Assembly: GCA_977017575.1 (NCBI GenBank) | Contig: CDRNVI010000030.1 | Location: 558,001 to 622,000, forward strand | Source of the DNA: Paramoeba atlantica | Taxonomy: Eukaryota > Protista > Discosea | Length of the DNA stretch: 64,000 bases | Direction of reading: 5' to 3' | Shown: positions 48,654-60,680 of the stretch, in pieces | Layout: every line of letters begins with the position of its first letter | How positions within the stretch are numbered: the first letter of the stretch is position 1 | Notes under the pieces: generated by a model | The model's database searches: none | Told to the model about the DNA's origin: nothing | Seen by the model: the letters and a program-made list of their open reading frames with translations, nothing else | Program-made: the position numbers and the translations under genes

Positions 48654-50599
48654 GAGGGAGATACGGAGTATCTAACTCGCTTACTAAGGTTAATTCCAAA
48701 ACTTGAAAATGCCCCTCAAAGAAGCGAGAGATCGAGTTTTTTCAAAATTTTAAAACGTAGCAGTAGCTCATTAGATGAACTCTTTAATACTCGAAAAATC
48801 ATCTACAACGACCTCATTTCCCAAATTGTAGAACACTTTTGGTAAAAAAAGTGCGTCTGCAAAGGTCTGCGATACGACAAACTGGTTGACTAAGGAGAGT
48901 CCTTTGAGTACTCCAGTTGGTAAAGGGGTTCCATTTTGACGCTGGATGTCCGCGGTTCGATTCCCGGCATCGACATTTTTGAACAAAAAAAATTATATGC
49001 TCAAAATCGCGAAAAAAACAAATTCGGAACGATTTTTTTTTTCAGATTTTTTTTTCTTGAAAAAAGTGGCCAGCTAGCCACTAAAAACACGGTTTGCATT
49101 TTGTATATATATAGAGAGAAAAATAATGTGCAGGTCCGAGTGGTACAGTGTGTAGCTACAGTGGACCTTGAGAGAGTGAGAGCAGTGCCACGTGAGGCAG
49201 TGATTGCACAGTGATGCAGTGCAGCTGCAGTGGCACGTGCCAGAGTAAGTGCACTGCTATGTGAGGCAGTGACTGCAGTGATGCAGCGCAGCTTCAGCGG
49301 CACGTGCGAGAGTAAGATTACTGCCACGTGAGGCAGTGAATGCAGTGTAGATACAGTGGAATGTGAGAGAGTCAGTGACTGCAGTGTAGCTACAGTGGCA
49401 CGTGAGAGAGTAAGATTACTGCCACGTGAGGCAGTGACTGCAGTGATGCAGTGCAGCTGCAGTAGCACGTGAGAGAGTAAGTGTACTGCCACGTGAGGCA
49501 GTGATTGCAGTGTAGATACAGTGGAAGAGTGACAGGCAGTGCCACGTGAGGCAGTGACTGCAGTGATGCAGTGCAGCTGCAGTAGCACGTGAGAGAGTGA
49601 GAGTACTGCCACGTAAGGTAGTGACTGCATCGGCACTGTACCTACAGTGGCACGTGAGAGAGTCAGAGCACTGCCACGTGGGGCAGTGACTCACGTTGAG
49701 TGAGTCCACTGAGTGAGTCCCACGGGGGTGGGAGAGTGTTGTGGAAGAGTGGCCAGCTGGCCATGTTGTGGAAGGGTGGCCAGCTGGCCATGTTGTGGAA
49801 GGGTGACCACAGTCTGAACTGTCTCGTACGGAACTTGCTCAGATCGTCAGCCGGGAATCGGTAGAAGCGGTATGGGCAAAAGAGCGAAGAACAAGAAATG
49901 CAGTGGAACAAGAAATGTACAGTGGAAAATAGAAAAGAAATTAGAGTAAATTGATACGAAAAACACATTCATTTTGAATACCTTCTTCGTGAGAAGAGGG
50001 TCCTCAGACAATTATCTCTCGCCTTGACGTGGCGTCTGAGCTTAATGCCTGTTGGCTAAACAAGCAGAGATACATAAAGAACTGTCAACGAACGAAATGT
50101 TCCGTATGCACGACCTGGTGTAAGTGTTGGGGGAACCTCGGTTCCGTCTCACTGAGCCAGTGAACGTGCCCATAGGTGCACTTTTGCATTATTAAAGTAC
50201 AACATAAAGGGCTCAATGCTTAACATAAACAAGACGTAAGTAGAATCGAACATAGACCTCCCAGAGGCAAAATGTTAGCCGGGCGGGCCCTTCAAAAAAA
50301 AGATTTCAGAAGCTTGTTTCCTTCAAGATTACTTGTCACGAGGTAAAGCACCACCCGCGCCAGCGGGTCTGCACCGCCTCGAAAGGCCCGCCGTATAACC
50401 CAGATTGAAAGGGGCGAGGGAGATACGAAGCAACAGGCGTGGCAGATTCCCACTGAAAAGAAATGGTATCTCCCCGCACGAGAAAAGCCTTTGCGCTTTC
50501 TAGCTCGGAGACAAACTTCGTGCGGGAGATACCATTTCTTTTCAGTTGGAATCTGCCACGCCGGTTGCTTCGTATCTCCCTCGCCCCTTTCAATCTGGG
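48654..50599 (+). mobile_element. Helentron/Helitron2-like non-autonomous element with an empty site in paralogous copies
   Basis: Empty site AAATATTACTTG (20045, 25810) versus filled AAATATT[GAGGGAGATAC...GTATCTCCCTCGCCCCTTTCAATCTGGG]TTACTTG. Asymmetric ends, 5' hairpin, internal minisatellites, 3' ~200-bp foldback (50400-50599). Confidence 0.65.
48899..48974 (+). pseudogene. tRNA-like sequence, second copy
   Basis: GTCCTTTGAGTACTCCAGTTGG...GGTTCGATTCCCGGCATCGAC followed by TTTTT. Confidence 0.55.
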
Positions 50600-52295
50600 T
50601 TACTTGAAATTACTTTTTCACCTTTTATATTCAAAAATGGGCCATTTTCGCGGGCATACCACGACAGAGGCGTTCGGACTTTGCACCCCCAACTGCCTGT
50701 GAAGGGCCCTCCCTTGAAGGAGGGTGGCAACTTCCCAAAGGAGGTACAACCTCCTGAGGGAGCCAGCGGCAAGCCGGGGCTTCCCGGCACCCTTCATTCA
50801 CTCAGAAACACATTTGGCGCCCTGCGATCGTCACCTCCGTTTGTCAGGTAAGAAAATGTTGATTTCACGTGGATCAAAGCATCGAAACTGCTCTAGAGCA
50901 CCCAAAGTAGTAAGCGCCCAAAGTAGTAAGCGAGTATTCCCGGTGTCGTCAGGGGCGTTCAATCGCCCACAAGAACGTCTCGCCACGCTGCCTTATTGCA
51001 CTGTCGACCGAAATGTTGGCCTTCTGGGTGATCTACCCATGGGAAATGTTTCGATAGAGTGAATTATTAGTATGCCATGTTCCTAAAGAAATATGGTGGA
51101 ACAAGTTAACCCAGGATAAAGTGGACGAGGGAGATACTAAAGGCACATTTTGCAAACTACCACAAAACTGGAACGGTATCCCCCGGTTTGTTAAGCATTC
51201 TGATGTGACCCAAGAATTTAACGTGAGATACTGTTCCAGTTTTGTGGTAGTTTGCCAAATGTGCCTTCAGTATCTCCCTCGTCCACTTTATCCTGGGTTG
51301 CACAGCCATCGAAACATGCTCCCTAGGACCTCTTACAGATTCCCACGCGAGGAAGTCGTCGTCGCCGCGGCAAAAAGACAGAAGGCTGTCTTTTTGCCTT
51401 GCGCCTCCTCCTTCCTCTAAGGCCTTGCGTGTTACGCACTTCCAGGTAAATTTTGGACTTTGTAGGTGCATTACCATGGCAGACTGAAGAAATATCGAAT
51501 GAAATCAAAGCGCATACAGGTGTATCAGGCCCCAAACTCTCAAAAAACGGTCTAGGAGTTGATTTGGGAAAAATATATTTTTGACTTTCACCCATAATTT
51601 TTCAGTTTTTCAAAATTTCAAAAATTGCTATGATCACCCTGGTGGGGAGGGGGGGGGGCAGGGGGTACCCATCGGAATTGTTGAAAAACTAGTGATCTTG
51701 TCACTCAATTCGATTCATACGTCTTTGTAAACATTTCTTTCGAAAACTCACCTGAAACGATACCGGGCACGAAATCGGGCCACAAATCGGGCCACAAATC
51801 GGGCACGGCGAATTAATCCACGGCAGCAAGGGAGTAGTATCTCCCTCAATAAACTTATTCCTTCACAAAAAAGGATAAAGAGGCTTGATCCCTATAAAAT
51901 TACTTGCCACGAGGTAATGCCCCCAGCGACAGCGGCTCTACGCCCTATCGAAGGGCCCTCCCGTCGGGCCTTCAAAAATAAAGGACACAGAAGCTTGAGG
52001 GCGGTAGGGGCAAATATTTGACGAAAATCTGTTTTTTTGAACTTGTTCACAATCAATTTTCAAACGTTTTTAGGTCATTTTCGTATTCATACGGCCATTT
52101 CCAATCCAATCCAAATCCAATCCAGAATACCGACAAAGTCGGCTAAAACACTTAGCACTTTCACACTAAACATTTCCATCTCTATCATCAGCACCAGAGC
52201 TCATCAACACTAGATCGGGCCACAAATCGGGCCACAAATCGGGCACGGCGAATTAATCAACGGCAGCAAGGGAGTAGTATCTCCCTCAATAAACG

Positions 52296-53631
52296 TATGC
52301 GCTCAGAGACGCTGGAAATGGCGGAACTTACCGCGAGTCCTTCACTATGCCTGGTAAAGAGCATTTTTCTGCAAAGAAAAATAAGCTCCAAGATGTACGT
52401 AAGCACTTTATGAATTTCACAGGGTACGATCGGGGAGACCCAACATTTCTTTTAATGAAGTACATCTTCCCTTTATACCAATTTCAGATGGCAAGTTTAC
52501 TGCTGAGGAGCTCTTTTATTCGCTTTCGCACTTCGGGAAGAATAGAGCCCCAGAGGGAGACGTGTGGGAGGTGGCGGAGTGGCAAGAATTCAAAGTTTGA
52601 AGCACATGGTGCTCAGACGGCGAGTTCAAACCCACTCATCGCAACATTCCTGGCGGCCTCACTCTAAGAGGCTGGGCTGATAACCGACTAGGCCCAGTAC
52701 TCGGAGGACCGTCCCGGACACTCCCCTCAGGGAACCAGCTCCCTTACCCGGCTTACACCTCTTGGGTGAGCCGTGTTGACGTACAGTTCGTCGACGCAGC
52801 GTGTTGGCAACAGCACGTTGGTGCCGCCTTGGACAAGCGGAAACTGGTAGAGGACGTCGGCCTCGGAACTTCCAAATCTGTCTGTGAAGGGTCTGGCTTG
52901 CAGTGACCATCCGGAGCAATCCGGAATGATTTGGATTTTTTTTTTTAGGGAGACGGTATTCACATGGAGGCCTTACAAGCAATTTCGACACATCAGGATT
53001 TTAGAGATTTTTTCCTGGAGCTAATCAATGAAGTGCATGAAACAGGCGTTACCGAAGCATCATGGAAAGTCATTCTTCAAATATCTATTCCAAAGAAAGG
53101 GGATTTATCGCAGCTTTCAAACTGGCGCCCTATTTGCCTTGTAAACAGTATAGTCAAGCTGATTAATTTTATGATTCTTACTCGCATCCGCCCCAGCGTT
53201 GAACCACTTCTTCGAGACAATCAATACGGTTTTCGTCAAAATAGATCTAACCGCTGGTGCGCAAACAATCATGAATGAAATAAAGTCCAAGGCATTTCCG
53301 AATAAAAGTGTTTGTGTAGCGTTCATTGATTTCGCAAAAGCATTCCCATCTGTATCTTTCGCTGCGATAAAAGCGAGTCTGAAAGCATATCACGCGGGAG
53401 TTCGTCTATCCGAAATGATCATGTCATTTTACTCAAATCTGAAAGGAGTAGTCCGCACACCCTTTGGTATCACAGATTCTTCTCCGATAACTACAGGAAT
53501 ACTTCAGGGGGATTTGTTGGCCCCTTACCTTTTCGTGATGGTTATGGATCGCATTCTTAATAAGTCGCTGGACCTGGAAAATCGCGGATTACTTTTGAGT
53601 TCAAGCGGGACAAGAAAACGGAGCGCCACCA
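52296..53631 (+). pseudogene. LINE-C linker + RT N-half (plus strand), SINE-interrupted
   Basis: RAPEG|DGIHMEALQ...QGDLLAPYLF...SSSGTRKR; frameshift at ~53249. Confidence 0.88.
52563..52946 (+). mobile_element. SINE
   Basis: TSD AGGGAGACG (52554-52562, 52947-52955); A/B boxes, hairpin, tail. Confidence 0.92.
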
Positions 53632-53998
53632 AGCGGAGGTGGCGAGTGGCAAGAATTCAAGGTTTGAAGCACATGGTGCTCAGACGGCGAGTTTAAACCC
53701 GCTCATCGCAATATTCCCGGCGGCCTCACTCTAAGAGGCTGGGTAGAGAACCGACTAGGCCCAGTACTCGGAGGACCGTCCCGGACATTCCCCTCAGGGA
53801 ACCAGCTCCCTTACCCGGCTTACACCTCTTGGGTAAGCCGTGTTGACGTACAGTTCGTCGACGCATCGTGTTGGCAACAGCACGTTGGTGCCGCCTTGGA
53901 CAAGCGGAAACTGGTAGAGGACGTCGGCCTCGGAACTTCCAAATCTGTCTGTGAAGGGTCTGGCTTGCCAGTGACCATCCGGAGCAATCCGGAATGAC
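53632..53998 (+). mobile_element. SINE at the shared LINE-C site, tail lost at a rearrangement junction
   Basis: Left flank AAGAAAACGGA as at 23712; ends at GAATGACT and joins the transposase fragment. Confidence 0.88.
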
Positions 53999-55366
53999 TC
54001 GTTCCGGTGTAAAAGGAGAATATTTACCTCCACACTCATGACGTAAATACACCTCCAGATTATGAATTATCAAACAATATGCAAAGCTATAGTACAAAAG
54101 AGAATCTGAAAATATAGTCCAATTTTTGAATACTAACCACCTGCCTATGCAAGAGCGGCTGAAAATATGCTCGACATGAGCGCGAAAATGAGATAAGGAC
54201 TCATTGTACGCAAGTTTTACATCTGCTTCGCGAACGTAATCAGAAATAGGCTTGTTCGCCTGCAAAGAAGGCCATATATGCGTTTTGTCGTGTGGAGCTA
54301 TGATTCTTTGACATTCGTAAAATCCTCCATCTGCCAAAGCTCTAATTCCGCGAGAAGAAAGAAAACGAAGTACATCACAATCCTGAATGAAAGAATCAGA
54401 TGAAGCTCCACAATACAGGCCATCCCCGAAAAAACAAACGCACCGTGTCAACGTGCACCCTATCATAGCTTTGAGTACGTGGTCCCCGTACTTTGGGTTA
54501 TAACACCCAGGTCTTGCATCCACATAAATGGGAACAGTCTCTATCAACACCTTTACATCCGGCGGCCAGAAACCAAAGGTTGCATTGTTCGGATGGTTTA
54601 ACATCTCGTTTGGGCGGAGGTGGAGGAGTGGGCGGAGGTGGCGGAGTGGGCGGAGGTGGCGGAGTGGGCGGAGGTGGCGGAGTGGGAGGAGGTGGCGGAG
54701 TGGGAGGAGGTGGCGGAGTGGCAAGAATTCAAGGGCGGAGGCGGCGAAGTGGCAAGAATTCAAAGTTTAAAGCACATGGTGCTCACACGGCGAGTTCAAA
54801 CCCGCTCATCGCAATATTCCCGGCGGCCTCACTCTAAGAGGCTGGGCCGATAACCGACTAGGCCCAGTACTCGGAGGACCGTCCCGGACACTCCCCTCAG
54901 GGAACCAGCTCCCTTACCCGGCTCACACCTCTTGGGTAAGCCGTGTTGACGTACAGTTCGTCGACGCATCGTGTTGGCAAACAGCACATTGGTGCCGCCT
55001 TGGGCAAGCGGAAACTGGTAGAGGACGTCGAACTCGGAACTTCCAAATCTGTCTGTGAAGGGTCTGGCTTGCCAGTGACCATCCGGAGAAATCCGGAATG
55101 ATTTGGATTTTGGATTTGGAACATCTCGTCGATGGGATTCAGAAGCCATTTCTCACTCAGCTTTGTGTAAAGTTCATAAAAAAATTGGGAATTTTATCCT
55201 GACAGGATCGAATCGACCAACCCCTTTTTGACATAAACTTGGCGGCAGAAGAACATCTAGCACCGTTATAGAGCCACGTAAACGAGGCGTCTACTACATC
55301 GCGATCGAAACCGCATTCATGAATTAAATGGTGAAACGAAGCAAGTGCGAGCCCACAGTCAGTCAA
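53999..55366 (-). pseudogene. Harbinger/ISL2EU-type (DDE_Tnp_4-like) transposase, SINE-split and truncated
   Basis: YNPKYGDHVLKAMIGC..YCGASSD..LADGGF..YNESLSHFRAHVEHIF..RWLVF. The N-terminal part (55157-55366) lies beyond the SINE. Confidence 0.75.
54610..55119 (+). mobile_element. SINE with six 18-nt 5' repeats and a 31-nt head duplication
   Basis: TSD AACATCTCGT (54600-54609, 55120-55129) encloses 6x GGG(C/A)GGAGGTGGCGGAGT (54612-54719). Confidence 0.93.
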
Positions 55367-56071
55367 CCCCCCAAGGCTAGATAGACTCAGTTTAAAACGC
55401 GCTTATAAACGCAGAAGCCATTCATACTCAGTATAATCAATTTACAAACACCAATGCAATAGCTTCATGTTACATTCTATATTTTGTTTTCTAAAGATCT
55501 ACTTAGGAGGATGAAGATTCTTAAAACTAGACTCGCCGTGCCATCCTTTGCCATCCACAGAGAGGGTAAACTTTCACAGTGCCCAATACGTTCGGTAGGC
55601 TTCCATTCATGCCTACGAGTGATTTCAAAAGCGCAAATGTCGGATTGAGTGCTTGTCAGGTAAGAAAATGTTGATTTCATGTGGATCAAAACATCGAAAC
55701 TGCTCTAGAGCGCCCAAAAGAGGGAGAAAGAGGGAGAAAGTATCGCCATTGGGAATCGACCGAACCCTCTGAAATGTAGAGTAATCAGACCCCCTGGCGA
55801 ATGTAGAGTAATCAGACCCCCTGGCGGTTGTTGTTTTCAACTTAGAAGTCACTCATGCTGTGCATTTCGCTTTGAAAACTACCGCCGCGGTTAACGAAGA
55901 TCCTAAAAAAGCAAAATCTCCAGAAGATCATGAATAATCTACTTTTTGGGGGAAAAAGCTCGATTTTTCGGCAAAAATTGCGAAATTTTACACCGAATTT
56001 GGGCCGTTCTGGATGCCTTCCCAGTAGCAGCAGGAGTCGAATCTGTCGCAAAAAACCCTGATAACGCATAT

Positions 56072-56457
56072 GAAATCCAAACATCCAAATCATTCCGGAT
56101 TGCTCCGGATGGTCACTGGCAAGCCAGACCCTTCACAGACAGATTTGGAAGTTCCGAGACCGACGTCCTCTACCAGTTTCCGCTTGCCCAAGGCGGCACC
56201 AACGTGCTGTTGCCAACACGCTGCGTCGACGAATTGTACGTCAACACGGCTTACCCAAGAGGTGTGAGCCTGGTAAGGGAGCTGGTTCCCTGAGGGAGGG
56301 TCCGGGACGGTCCTCCGAGTACTGGGCCTAGTCGGTTTATCAGCCCAGCCTCTTAGAGTGAGGCCGCCGGGAATAATGCGATGAGCGGGTTTGAACTCGC
56401 CGTCTGAGCACCATGTGCTTCAAACTTTGAGTTCTTGCCACTCCGCCACCTACCCCT
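56072..56457 (-). mobile_element. SINE
   Basis: TSD ATAACGCATAT (56061-56071, 56458-56468). Confidence 0.92.
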
Positions 56458-57209
56458 ATAACGCATATAGAGGGAGATACTGCTCCGTCGCTACCGTATA
56501 TTAATGTTTTGTCAGAAATTTCCTGGGAGGGTGGGGTCCCTCCTCACACCTTGCCATAAAATCACTTTTAACCCACCCTCGCTCCCATATATTAATTCGT
56601 CGCCAAAGATTTTGTTCACCTTTTCCCGAAATTTGGCCCGGACCTGGCCCGGACCTGTTCACTTTTGTTTGCCGATTATTTTTAGCAAAAACAAATATAG
56701 GTATGTATAACCCAGGCTAAAGTGGACGAGGGAGATACCAAAGGCGCTTTGGAAAACGATCACAAAACTGGAACCGTATCCCCCGTTTGTAGAGAAAAAG
56801 GTTTGTAGAAAACTGGAACTGTATCTCACGTTAAAGACCCTTTTGCCACATCAGAATGCTCTGCAAACCGGGAGATATTCGTGGCCTTCGGCCGCTCGTG
56901 CGCACTTTGAAAACACTCATGCAAAAAAATGACTTTTCTTATCGTCAAAAAATACCTATTTTAACTTTTGTTTCGATCAAAAAAATATTTTTGGGTCGCC
57001 CCACAAATTTTTTTGAAAATTGGGCCGGACACATCCTGCAAGCACAACGCAGAGTTACCACTTGTTGTGTCGGTAAAAAATGTTCTTCAAGGCGTGTGGT
57101 ATCACTTCCCCTAACTCAAGTTTGAAAATCAAATATACACCCCCGCCAAAAAGTATTGTAATTTATTAGTATCGACCACGAATATTTGGTCGATACTAAT
57201 AAATACAAT

Positions 57210-57597
57210 CAAAAAAAAAAAAAAAATAAATCAAATCATTCCGGATTGCTCCGGATGGTCACTGGCAAGCCAGACCCTTCACAGACAGATTTGGAAGTTC
57301 CGAGGCCGACGTCCTCTACCAGTTTCCGCTTGTCCAAGGCGGCACCAACGTGCTGTTGCCAACACGCTGCGTCGACGAACTGTACGTCAACACGGCTTAC
57401 CCAAGAGGTGTAAGCCGGGTAAGGGAGCTGGTTCCCTGAGGGGAGTGTCCGGGACGGTCCTCCGAGTACTGGGCCTAGTCGGTTATCAGCCCAGCCTCTT
57501 AGAGTGAGGCCGCCGGGGATATTGCGATGAGCGGGTTTGAACTCGCCGTCTGAGCACCATGTGCTTCAAACTTTGAATTCTTGCCACTCCGCCACCC
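57210..57597 (-). mobile_element. SINE inserted in the pogo subterminal repeat
   Basis: TSD CTAATAAATACAAT (57196-57209, 57598-57611). Confidence 0.92.
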
Positions 57598-57792
57598 CTA
57601 ATAAATACAATACTTTTTGTCGATTTTCACGAGTTGCTACTGGCTTCCAAAAAGTTGGACTTTATCATATAGTATCCTTGTAAACGTATAGTGAAGCACA
57701 AAAACAGGTCGAATGGAAATTAGCACCATGGAAATAGCACAAATTAGCACAATGAAAATAGCACCATGGAATTGGTAATTTAATTATTTTGA

Positions 57793-59463
57793 CTACTCAA
57801 CGCTGAAGTAGTGCGAGAGAGGAACCATATTCCGAGCCTGTTCAAATCTTGCCTTAGCCTTCCGCGACATTCCAAGTGTCTCTTTACGGCGGGCTTCTGA
57901 TTTTTCGATGGCTTCCCTGCGTGCCTCAATTTCCTGCGCAGAAAGCTTCCGCGGCCTTCCGCGTTTCTTTTCGACTGAGGTTCCTTCATTGAGTTTTGGG
58001 GAATTGTTTTCTTCTTCGCTTTCAGATACGGTAGCAACAATTTCGCTTGCATCAGAGGACTCTAGCAGAGATTTGAAGGAACCCAATCGCGTAGTGCGAG
58101 TACAAATTTCTCCAAAGAGGACACGAGGAATTTCCGTCACATCCCAAGATGCAGTTACTTGACGCGCACGGAGTTCATTCATTGCCTGGATAATAAAAAG
58201 TACCTTGTTTTCACGACAAACACGCTTCGACACGGCGGTCGCCTTTTTGACAGCAGTATCAATAGAATTACGGGCGAACAGACGAGACACATAGTCATTG
58301 TACAGAGCCTTTGCTCTTTGCTTTAGTCCGGAAATGACAAATTGGTCTGCAGGTTGGTAAACGTGCGTCATTTTTGGAGGGATAAAGAGAACACCACAAT
58401 TTTTTTCAGTGAGCCATTCCGTTGTTTTTGAGTGCTGGGAAGCTTCATCAATGATTAAAAGAGCCTTGGCATTGTATTGATTAGACGACTATCGGTCATC
58501 CTGCAAAATACTTATGAATTTGTCCATAATTTCTTTCCACGTTTCCCGGCTTTGAAAGTGCGTCTCCTTACGAGAACTTTGGAGCACTCGAGGGTCGTCT
58601 CCTACGTTAACAAATTTCTTTTGAGTGCCCTTGTGGATGAATTGCATGAGCTTTACATCACCGGAAGCATTAGTAAGAACAGTGCAAGTGAACCCCTCAC
58701 GATCAGAACGTACCGCAACAGTTCGGTTTTCTCCTTTTTGAATTCTTTCCCAAGTCCATTTCTGAGAAAAAAAAATATTCTGAGAACTACCGTTGTCCGA
58801 AAGAGAGAGACAGACAAAAAATTCATCAGCATTGTATGTAAACGGTTTAGAAACTTGCCCTTTGTACTTTTCTAGGTCAGAAAAAAAACCAACCGATGAG
58901 TCCACTACCTGCTTTGGGGTGGACGTTCGATCAGTAGTAGCATGAAGAATACGTATTCCATTCTGCTGCATCCATTCCTTAGCCCACGAGACAGAAAATT
59001 TCAGCCTTCCACCGTCGATTGTAGTAGAGCCTGGGGTGCTCTTTTCTTTGATGCCACGCGCGGCGTCCGCCACTAAAGATGCACGTACGGCAGTTCCAGT
59101 TTCTCGAAGCTTTAGAAAAGCACTGAGTAAAAGTTCATTTTCAGATGGAGAAAGCATAGGGACACGACCTCGATTTCCAACTTTATTTAATGAATCCAAG
59201 CCTTTGTAGAAACTTATTGTTGAGGCAGAAACGTTGCGCTTGAATTTTTTCTCGAACGTAACCTTCACGTTGTCGCGGTTGAAGTTTCCACGGGTCTGCA
59301 CGAACAACCATTCGCGGTGATCATCACTCAGCTGCCATCGAGATGAAGTTGCGTCTTGGATAAGCTCTGAAACGACGCTCTCCACGATCAAGTGGCCGCG
59401 TATATCAGAACCCATTTTGTAAATTTCTGGAAAGTTCGAGAAAAAAACTAAAATTCTGGTCAA
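57793..59463 (-). pseudogene. pogo/CENP-B-like transposase (HTH + DDE_1-like, DD33D) with one in-frame stop
   Basis: GRVPML..E..L..F..R; FSVSWAKEW; YNADE; TNASG; after TAG at 58489-58491 the frame continues LLIIDEASQH..QPAD (33 residues between D2 and D3). Confidence 0.88.
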
Positions 59464-59648
59464 AACTCAAAAAAATGGTCGATACTAATAAATACAGTAC
59501 TTTTTGTGTCGGCCATTTTTGTGGACAATACTTTTTGGCGGGGGTGTATTTGTTTTCGCTAAAAAGGAATCGGCAAAAAAACGGGCCACGTCCGGGCCAA
59601 ATTTGGGGAAAAAGTGAACAAACTCTTTGGCGACCAATTAATAATTAA

Positions 59649-59741
59649 GGTCTTCGTTAAACGCGGTGGTTGTTTTCAACTTAGAAGTCACTCATGCTGC
59701 GCGCTTGGCGTTGAAAACTACCACCGCGTTTAACGAAGAGC
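59649..59741. mobile_element. 93-bp TTAA-flanked MITE candidate
   Basis: 32-bp inverted termini (30/32 match) with TTAA on both sides. Copy at 62803-62895; degenerate versions at ~10940 and ~55830. Confidence 0.55.
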
Positions 59742-60643
59742 TTAAAAAAGAAAATTTGGTCTGGAAAGCTGAAGAAAACAGAATGATTATAGCCAAAAAT
59801 AGACCATTTTGGGGTAAAAATGGGGCCATTTTTGCGTATTTTTGCACTCAGAGCACTAAATCTGACATTTACTGGCGGGAAATCACTCGCAGGAAAGAAT
59901 GAAAGCCTACCAAACGTATTGGGCAGAGAATACGACTCCAACCATACCATTTTTTCGACCCAAAAAGGCCCCTTGGAGTCCGAAAAAAATAGGCCATTTT
60001 GGCAGGCATACCACGGCTCGAAGAATTGATAGCCTGCGAAAACAACTGCGCAGCAAGCTACTATAGGTCCCAAACTATAAAAATTGCGGTGGTTGTAAAA
60101 CTACCGCTCTACCCTCGATTATTGAACAAAAAGTGAACGAAAACAGTGCAAATATAAAGAGGAACACAGTAATATAATAGAAGAAAAAAATATAAAAGGG
60201 GGCTCCGGTGGTCCAAAACTGAAAAAAAGAAAATTGAAAAAAATGGGGGGTCCATGGGGGGGTCTGTGGGGGGTCATGGTGTCCGGGGGGGGTCATGGTC
60301 GAGCAAATTTTTTCTAAAAAAATTAGTTTTCGAAAAAAAACCGCAGAAAGGGTAGCCGGGGTCTTGGCGCGCATTTTCCACCACACTACCCGGGGGTGAC
60401 CTCCCTGCGTATCCGCAGGACGGGTCCGCCAAGTTCGGATTTTTTCGGAAAAAAAAATTTGAAAAAATTTCACCTTGGCGAAAAAAATGGCAAAAACAAT
60501 ATTTTTCCAAAATCGTTTCCCCTATTCTATTTTGACAGTTTGGGAACTCATTCGGTTTCGGTATTTTCTAGGTACCTCCTGCATTACAACTCGCAAGCTT
60601 CTCAACGGATACCTGAAAATGAACAATTTTATACCCCAAAAGA

Positions 60644-60680
60644 ATCCGGAGCAATCCGGAATGATTTGGATTTTTTTTTC
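60644..60680 (+). mobile_element. Extreme 5'-truncated SINE (3' hairpin + tail only)
   Basis: ATCCGGAGCAATCCGGAATGATTTGGATTTTTTTTT with no upstream SINE body; no clear TSD. Confidence 0.7.

Larger units (their letters stand above)
47555..52210. repeat. Segmental unit copy 3, carrying a 1.95-kb DNA-element insertion
   Basis: The ORF-track offset versus copy 2 changes from 22836 to 24785 across 48654-50599. Confidence 0.88.
57138..59546 (-). mobile_element. pogo-type Tc1/mariner DNA transposon
   Basis: 22-bp TIR CACCCCCGCCAAAAAGTATTGT, TA TSD (57136-57137, 59547-59548), subterminal GGTCGATACTAATAAATAC repeats. Empty site in the inverted paralog at ~62990-63005. Confidence 0.92.

Noticed and set aside
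52660-52860. Hammerhead ribozyme/retrozyme in the SINE
   Set aside because: CTGATAA is not the CUGANGA core, and no consistent three-stem junction with GAAA could be built by eye.
57560-57580. tRNA-Sec-like GCTTCAAAC motif in the SINE antisense strand
   Set aside because: No cloverleaf in that orientation; the A and B boxes are on the opposite strand.
58761-58789. 29-nt GT-AG intron in the pogo ORF
   Set aside because: Removal would break an otherwise open frame; an 18-bp duplication/insertion explains the sequence better.
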